Shown piece after piece: positions 9,595 through 15,544 of a stretch of DNA of 64,000 nt. How positions within the stretch are numbered: position 1 is the stretch's first letter; each line of letters opens with the position of its first letter. Source of the stretch: an uncultured Pirellulaceae bacterium (GTDB taxonomy: Bacteria > Planctomycetota > Planctomycetia > Pirellulales > Pirellulaceae); the NCBI GenBank assembly GCA_938082855.1, contig CALKCC010000082.1, positions 179-64,178 of the forward strand, written 5' to 3'. The notes beneath the pieces were generated by a model. It saw only the letters and a program-made list of their open reading frames with translations, did no database searches and was not told where the DNA came from. Position numbers and translations under genes: made by a program.

Positions 9595-10054
9595 TTGATG
9601 ATGAAACCTCTTGTTATCACCCACCAATTCGAATCCTCGCCGGAAGATGTTTTCGAAGTGCTCGCGCATATTGAGATTGCGTCTGAGATTATTCCCAAGA
9701 TAAGCGAAGCGACTATTCTTACCGAGCAAAGACGTGGGGTGGGGGGTACGTTTCGCCGAGACGCGTCAAATGGGACGGCATAGCTTTACTATGGAATTTG
9801 AAGTGACCGAATACGATCCACCTCATTCGGTTCGACTGGTTTGCACAGACAATATGGGAACGACGTGGGACTCTATCTACGAATTGGAACCACTTGATCA
9901 GGGTACTCGAGTAACACTGACCATGCAGTGTATCCCAACGAAGTTTGCCATGCGCCTAATGTGGCCGCTCATGAAGATACTCACCAAAAGGGGAGTTCAG
10001 GAAGACTTCGGCTTTTTCACTGAGCATCTGAATCAGGTTGAGGAACCTTACTGA
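9595..10054 (+). pseudogene. SRPBCC-family (polyketide cyclase/START-like) gene interrupted by a frameshift in a G-tract
   Basis: Two ORFs (9595-9783 in frame 1, 9734-10054 in frame 2) together give a ~150-aa SRPBCC-like protein. The frame change maps to GGGGTGGGGGG at 9736-9746. It could also be a sequencing error. Confidence 0.6.
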
Positions 10055-11960
10055 TTTCCTGAAGTACTGGTTCTAAAACAGGTCGGATAAGTACCTCTGA
10101 ACCGATCTGACTTAAGTGCGTCTTATCTGTATAGTATTTCGCCGAATGCGTACCAATCAGTGATTGACCATTCTCAAAACAAAACTGGACAACCGGTAGG
10201 AACTCTAAGTCTGGATAATTGGCATACCGTTGGAAAATGGTGTTGATCGGTTCCTGCTGATTTTCATGTTGCCGTTGACTAATGCCAAACGGAACAGGTT
10301 TTCCCTGTTTATTCGCATTCATGATGGCACGACTAATATCTAATTCTTGATCTGGAATTTGGTGCATCACCCAAACTTTCACTCCGATCGCGTGCAACGA
10401 ATCGATCGTCTTTTTGAAGGCTCTATCAAAAACCGGGGGCTCATAATAGGACATGAGTCCTTGTTTTGGTTTCAGGTATGCGCTCCACCTGGCCACCAAA
10501 ATCACATTTTTAATCTGATACTGTTTGATCTCCGCCAGAATAGCCTCGTTAAATTCCTGTTGATCCGATCGGCCGCCCACGCCCATTTCTAACAACGAGG
10601 GGGTGGAATTCCTTGTTGCGATGTATCCTGTCATCTGGCTTTCCAAACAAAGTGCATCTACCATCTCCGAAATCATTCGGGTCTGAGAATCGCCCCATAT
10701 CAAAAACGTAGGCTTGCCTTCCTTTATGCCAACTTTAGGCAAGCCCCTTGTCTGAATCTCCTGCGTGGTATCAGTTCGAAATCGAGAGGTCATACCGGCA
10801 TGTACAACATCCTTTAATGAGGCGTCATAGCGATTAGGTAGACCATTTAATTCAACAATCCACAACGGTAACACGACAAAGGCTAGGCCCAAGGATAACA
10901 CTGCATAGGTAAGTCGTTTATTGCTCGCCAGCCAGGTTCGCTTTCGAAAAGGCTGTTCAACAAATCTCCATGACAGGTACGCCATCAAAAAGCTGGCGGC
11001 AAATAACGCTGTCGCAATCGGCCACGTAAACTCGGAGGTAAACCCAAGTTTTGTAAATACAATCAAGGGCCAATGCCATAGATACAGCGAGTAGGAAATG
11101 AGTCCTATGCCAACCATGATTCGCAATCGCAGGATCCGCGTTATAGGGTTGGGGGCCTGTGTGCCGTATATAAGTCCAGCGGTCGCAAGGCAGGGAAGAA
11201 TCGCATTGGCCCCTGGGAACACGGTGGATTCGTCGTAACTCCAAAAGCAATAGAGCAGTCCCGTCATCGAGAGAAAACAAATTGCGGTCCGAAAGACTGA
11301 GGTCTTTTCCAAATCAACGGAATGACTCGATAGACACGCGAGACAGCAACCTATTAGTAACTCCCAGGCTCGGGACTGTAACAAAAAGAACGCCGGCTGA
11401 GGGTCTCGTTCCACTTGCCAGATACTGTATGCCAAAGAAAGAACTAAAAGGCCCCCTAGCCCAGCAAGGACTGCTCGCCTTCCTCGTCGATAAAACAGAC
11501 AAAGCAATAGAGGTAAGAGCAAATAAAAGTGTTCTTCTACAGCCAGCGACCAGGAATGTAGGACTGGATTCAATCCAGCGATCGGATCGAAGTAATCGAT
11601 GCGGTAAGCAAAGTGATAATTCGCAAATAGTACAACCTGAGCCAATTGAGCTTTGACTAAGCTCATGAGTTCTGATGGCAATAGAATCATGAGCCCAAGG
11701 AGCAGGGTGCCAATGAGCATTGCAAAGCTCGCCGGAGCCAGGCGGCGAACTCGCTTGATCCAAAATGACTTCAGGCTAAATGTACCTGCCTTTAAGTCTG
11801 CAGATATGATGGACGTAATCAAGAAGCCCGAGATCACGAAGAAGACATCCACACCGACATAACCTCCGGATATACCAACATCCAGATGGAATAGAACGAC
11901 TGCAAGAACGGCTACCGCTCTTAGGCCGTCTATTTCGGGACGGTATTGAATCCTCGCCAA
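10017..11960 (-). CDS. Acyltransferase family 3 (OafA/YrhL-like) with a C-terminal SGNH-like domain
   Basis: N-terminal motif RPEIDGLRAVAVLAVVLFH, about 10 TM segments and a ~270-aa soluble C-terminal domain. The favoured start is TTG at 11960, 7 nt after AGGAGG. The ORF is open up to 12065, so the start is uncertain. Confidence 0.85.
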   Translation of the reverse strand: MARIQYRPEIDGLRAVAVLAVVLFHLDVGISGGYVGVDVFFVISGFLITSIISADLKAGTFSLKSFWIKRVRRLAPASFAMLIGTLLLGLMILLPSELMSLVKAQLAQVVLFANYHFAYRIDYFDPIAGLNPVLHSWSLAVEEHFYLLLPLLLCLFYRRGRRAVLAGLGGLLVLSLAYSIWQVERDPQPAFFLLQSRAWELLIGCCLACLSSHSVDLEKTSVFRTAICFLSMTGLLYCFWSYDESTVFPGANAILPCLATAGLIYGTQAPNPITRILRLRIMVGIGLISYSLYLWHWPLIVFTKLGFTSEFTWPIATALFAASFLMAYLSWRFVEQPFRKRTWLASNKRLTYAVLSLGLAFVVLPLWIVELNGLPNRYDASLKDVVHAGMTSRFRTDTTQEIQTRGLPKVGIKEGKPTFLIWGDSQTRMISEMVDALCLESQMTGYIATRNSTPSLLEMGVGGRSDQQEFNEAILAEIKQYQIKNVILVARWSAYLKPKQGLMSYYEPPVFDRAFKKTIDSLHAIGVKVWVMHQIPDQELDISRAIMNANKQGKPVPFGISQRQHENQQEPINTIFQRYANYPDLEFLPVVQFCFENGQSLIGTHSAKYYTDKTHLSQIGSEVLIRPVLEPVLQEISKVPQPDSDAQ

Positions 11961-12233
11961 TGTCTTGCCTCCTAACACACCATTCCTGATGTGTGGCTTA
12001 CCTATCAAATCCTTTCGATGTCCACAAATAGAATAGCTTAGGTACATTTGGACTTTCAATCCCAATGTACTAGCTTAGGAATCCACTCGGACAATTCACC
12101 AACCAACTCTCGGGGAATTGCTATTGTTGTAAACCAATTTGCCGTATTACATTCATCGTTGCGTGCTGCTGTACCGGAATCTGCTGAAGGGTGGCAAGCT
12201 CAACACCCAGACTACCGCTCGACCAACACTTCC

Positions 12234-12974
12234 ATGATCATTTCGCACAAACATAAGTTCATTTTTATTCATATGTCTCACACCAGCGGACGTAGTTTAA
12301 CAATGGATTTAGTTAATCACTGCGGAGCGGATGACATCATCACCCCAACCGGGGATTATCAAGGACAAAACTGCGACGGTTGGACGCGGCACATGCCTGC
12401 TCGCGAGGTCAAAGAACGCATTGGTGATGAGATCTGGGACTCTTACTACACCTTTTGCATGGATCGAAATCCCTGGGACAAGGTCACTTCAAATTACTGG
12501 TATAAGCGGGGATACAAACACAAAGAGGCGCGGGCGGCAGAACGAGTTCATTTCGTAGAGCGAGCCATGCGTAAGTGCTTTGGCTATCCGTGGGGACTAA
12601 ATACCTGGCTTCGTTATCGCTTCCTGAAGAACCGATTTTCTTTTGCGCATCGCCCTAAACTTCCAAGAGGCTCATATTGGTTTACCGACCGTCAAGGGAA
12701 TATTATCGTCGACTCCATTCTTCGTTATGAATGTCGCATGGACCACATGAAGCAATTGGCGAATCGACTCCAGATTCAAATCGGGGACATGTCACAAGAA
12801 GGCCGACTTACCCGAAAAACTAAGCGCAGCTACGTGGAAGAATATGACGACTGGAGCAGAGAGGCAATTCGCAAGTTCTTCGATACCGACTTAAAGGTAT
12901 TGAAATATGAGTTCGGCGAAGAGAGCCCTCAGGACATTATTGAAATGAAGAATTCGAATATCTTCTCTCAATAA
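12234..12974 (+). CDS. Sulfotransferase (family-2-like)
   Basis: PAPS-binding-like motif FIFIHMSHTSGRS near the N-terminus and MDRNPWDKVTSNY (the RNPW-D/R-x-x-S motif). ATG at 12234; the upstream part of ORF 12048 has no homology-like features. Confidence 0.7.
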   Translation: MIISHKHKFIFIHMSHTSGRSLTMDLVNHCGADDIITPTGDYQGQNCDGWTRHMPAREVKERIGDEIWDSYYTFCMDRNPWDKVTSNYWYKRGYKHKEARAAERVHFVERAMRKCFGYPWGLNTWLRYRFLKNRFSFAHRPKLPRGSYWFTDRQGNIIVDSILRYECRMDHMKQLANRLQIQIGDMSQEGRLTRKTKRSYVEEYDDWSREAIRKFFDTDLKVLKYEFGEESPQDIIEMKNSNIFSQ

Positions 12975-12988
12975 GATCCAATCCAGGC

Positions 12989-13768
12989 TTAGAGATCCCG
13001 CCAGGATTGTTCGTCGTAACCAAAGTTGGCAAAGTCCTGCTTATAGAGTCTGATCATTCGATCGGCGATTTCATCGTTGAGCACGGACGTGTCTTTTTTC
13101 CCACTTGAGTTCCTTGGCTTACCTGCAGCCTCTCGAGCCCAATCCACATCCATGCCCAACGCACCGAGTATTTCACAAACTCCGATGGAAAATCCCGATT
13201 CAATTTTATGCACATGATCATATTGAATGACATCGGCATGCAGGACCGAGGTTTGTGTGTCCCAGTGTTGGTTACGCTGGCCTTCCGGAAGCGACTCAAC
13301 AAAGTGAAAGAAAGTATCAAATGATACGACTTCATCTGGATTTGATCCCTGTAAGCCTTTGGTTCGAGCAAACTCCCTAATCACTGGCATCAACTTGACC
13401 ATACTGCGTGGCCAACCTTCATGATGCCCTTTGACCAGCTTGTCGTTCCACGCAGAAATCGCTCGGGAAAACGGATTGCGCACAAAGCAATGGAATTGAT
13501 ATTGGTCCGGATTGCGAAACGCATGAATGTAGTCCCTCAACGAAGCAGTCATATACCGCCGCGTTTCATTCATCGGCCACAATTTGCTACGCATTGGAGG
13601 CATCTGATGGGACTTCAGTCCGTCGACCAGAATCGAGCGAAATGAAGTGGACCCGACTTTCGGGTTCAAACAGACGACCAACCCTAAATCACGACGCACA
13701 TAGACCTTGTACGGACTGAAGTGTTTTCGCGAAAATAGCTTCCATATCTCTCTCAGTGACCTGCTCAT
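12989..13768 (-). CDS. Sulfotransferase (family-2-like)
   Basis: Motifs CLNPKVGSTSFRS (5'-PSB-like) and FVRNPFSRAISAW. Convergent with the previous sulfotransferase, with a 14-nt gap. Confidence 0.7.
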   Translation of the reverse strand: MSRSLREIWKLFSRKHFSPYKVYVRRDLGLVVCLNPKVGSTSFRSILVDGLKSHQMPPMRSKLWPMNETRRYMTASLRDYIHAFRNPDQYQFHCFVRNPFSRAISAWNDKLVKGHHEGWPRSMVKLMPVIREFARTKGLQGSNPDEVVSFDTFFHFVESLPEGQRNQHWDTQTSVLHADVIQYDHVHKIESGFSIGVCEILGALGMDVDWAREAAGKPRNSSGKKDTSVLNDEIADRMIRLYKQDFANFGYDEQSWRDL

Positions 13769-13916
13769 AGTATCGAGGATTTTAGAGAGTTCCAAATTAA
13801 ACGACAACAGCACCTAGTCGACTTCACTTAGTCATCTTGTAGTCTCTTGTGTTTTCGACTTAAATTCACGCTAATGAGCTTGAAGACCTCACACGCCCTT
13901 TCCAAATGTCTGAGTT

Positions 13917-15272
13917 ATGAACCGGCTATTGCATTTAACCATCGCTTTCTTCGTTCTGAGTCCAGGACTCCTACAGGCGCAAAGAAAGTCCGCCGAATTC
14001 CCGCTGAGGCTCAATGATAAAGGCGGCCCTAATGTCGTCTTTTTGGTGCATGGGAGCTTTGCCGGAAATGAAACGTGGCCACTGGTGGTTGACGAAAAGG
14101 TAAGCTTTGCTTCCGAGCTGAAGCGGGCTGCAGGTAAGGGCACGACGGTTCATCATTTTGTCTGGAGTGGACAGAACAAGCACCAATCGCGTTTGGATGC
14201 TGCTGATAACCTAGCCAAGGAAATTGAGGAATTTACGACGGCGGAAGATCGCGTGGCCATTGTTGGACATAGTCATGGGGGAAACGTTGGGCTATTAGCC
14301 GCTTCCAAACTCTCAAGGCCTATCGATTTAGTCGTTTGCTTATCGACTCCTCATCTGTATTTGGTGATGGAAGACCCGGAGGGAAAAGAAGTCCCGTTGC
14401 CCATCTACTGTCCACCTGTCAATCAGCAACAAATTAAGGACATCGTTTGTATTACCCCGGACAACGATCGTGTTCCTGATTTTTGGGCTGAGATTAATGG
14501 TGTCAATGATGACACTGCCATTGACCTGACAAGGTCGTGGCGTCGGGCACAGCAGTTAATCCTGCCGAAGGTCAGTAGCCCATTTCATGATCTTGCTGAA
14601 CGAGTTGGTTTGACTGACGAGATCGTAAATCTGGAAAGCCGAGATTCGTTGATCGTGACCAAACATAATATTAAGTACCGGTCCGATGTCAGTGGCGTCG
14701 ACATGAAACATGCCGTTGTTCATTCGTGTCGAATGGGATTCATTCTGGGGAAACTGGTGAGGCATGGTATGAGCCGTCAATTTCACGAGTATGTATCGAC
14801 GATTTATCAGCAGTCACCGGCTGACGACGGAGCGACTTTAGAATCTGAAGTGCTCGACTTGGTTCGAAAACGTCACTACGAAGACATCGAACATCCACAA
14901 GCGCAGGTTGCCTTGCAAATCAAATCGGTAGAGTTGGAAGTCGAGAAAGGATCGGCTTTGGCACTCGGTGACGAAGCATTGCCTGACTTATATTTTGTCA
15001 TTAGTACGATTGATGGTGACGAGTTGTTTGAGGTCAATGAAGCCGATGACGGCCTTGTGGCTTCGTGGGATTTGGAAGAGCTGGATGAGTTATTGCCAGT
15101 GATCGGCACGGGTAAGATTCAGGTTTGGGATGATGATACCTTTAGCGACGATCCCATTGGCGACCCCGTGGTGTTTACACTCAGCTTTAAGCCCAACCAG
15201 TTTGAGCGAAAAATGGAAGTCAAAACCGAGCATTACACGATCACCATTCACTGGCAACGCCTCCACGAGTGA
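13917..15272 (+). CDS. Secreted alpha/beta-hydrolase (lipase/esterase-like) with a C2-like C-terminal domain
   Basis: Signal peptide MNRLLHLTIAFFVLSPGLLQA. VFLVHG motif and nucleophile elbow VGHSHGG. The C-terminal ~120 aa contains PDLYFVISTIDGDE and IQVWDDDTFSDDPIGDPV, which resemble C2-domain Ca-binding loop motifs. Confidence 0.75.
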   Translation: MNRLLHLTIAFFVLSPGLLQAQRKSAEFPLRLNDKGGPNVVFLVHGSFAGNETWPLVVDEKVSFASELKRAAGKGTTVHHFVWSGQNKHQSRLDAADNLAKEIEEFTTAEDRVAIVGHSHGGNVGLLAASKLSRPIDLVVCLSTPHLYLVMEDPEGKEVPLPIYCPPVNQQQIKDIVCITPDNDRVPDFWAEINGVNDDTAIDLTRSWRRAQQLILPKVSSPFHDLAERVGLTDEIVNLESRDSLIVTKHNIKYRSDVSGVDMKHAVVHSCRMGFILGKLVRHGMSRQFHEYVSTIYQQSPADDGATLESEVLDLVRKRHYEDIEHPQAQVALQIKSVELEVEKGSALALGDEALPDLYFVISTIDGDELFEVNEADDGLVASWDLEELDELLPVIGTGKIQVWDDDTFSDDPIGDPVVFTLSFKPNQFERKMEVKTEHYTITIHWQRLHE

Positions 15273-15274
15273 TT

Positions 15275-15456
15275 TAAATAGGTGACACCCACTCTTCGGC
15301 CAGGCGTTCTGCTTCTTTCCGGCCAGTAATCCAGTGCCACCCACTCGATCCTGCACCTAAATCCACCTCTAAATAGGTGACACCCACTCTTCGGCCTCGT
15401 AGTGATTTTTTCTATTTACCCCAAATTGCCAACTCCAAAAGTGGGTGGCACCGGAT
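15275..15456. repeat. Composite repeat element, copy 1 (GTG[A/C]CACCCACTC boxes)
   Basis: Exact 27-nt direct repeat 15275-15301 = 15370-15396. Boxes start at 15282, 15334 and 15377, with an inverted box at 15440-15456. The 63-nt core 15329-15391 matches 35890-35952 at 55/63 positions in my hand alignment. Confidence 0.85.
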
Positions 15457-15544
15457 TGAGAATCTGGAATTCGTCAGAGGATGTGGGCTTGGAGTAAAAA
15501 AGCGACATAGCTTACAATTTGCAGCGGTTTTTTGGGTATTTCGA

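Noticed and set aside
9628-9636. TTCGAATCC, the canonical tRNA T-loop sequence.
   Set aside because: It is not preceded by GG, has no complementary acceptor or T-stem around it, and lies inside the SRPBCC coding frame. No tRNA cloverleaf can be drawn.
10017-10054. A 38-nt convergent overlap of the SRPBCC 3' end with the acyltransferase 3' end, and the 4-nt overlapping stops at 41751-41754.
   Set aside because: Short convergent overlaps are common in compact genomes. There is no additional structure or conservation signal to suggest antisense regulation.
15275-15456. A possible CRISPR-like array: short direct repeats with 43-52-nt spacing at two loci.
   Set aside because: The boxes are only ~13 nt, with three direct copies per locus. 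The 'spacers' themselves are conserved between the two loci (55/63 core identity). An inverted copy is part of the unit, and no cas genes are present in the window.
15377-15544. The N-terminal 56 codons of ORF 15377-18358 (MTPTLRPRSD...), and the 90-aa ORF 35844-36116 that also begins MTPT...
   Set aside because: Both 'starts' are the GTGACACCCACTC repeat box read as GTG-ACA-CCC-ACT (V/M-T-P-T). The shared peptide is an artefact of the repeat. The real start of the large gene is more plausibly ATG 15545, and ORF 35844-36116 overlaps a better membrane-protein ORF on the other strand.
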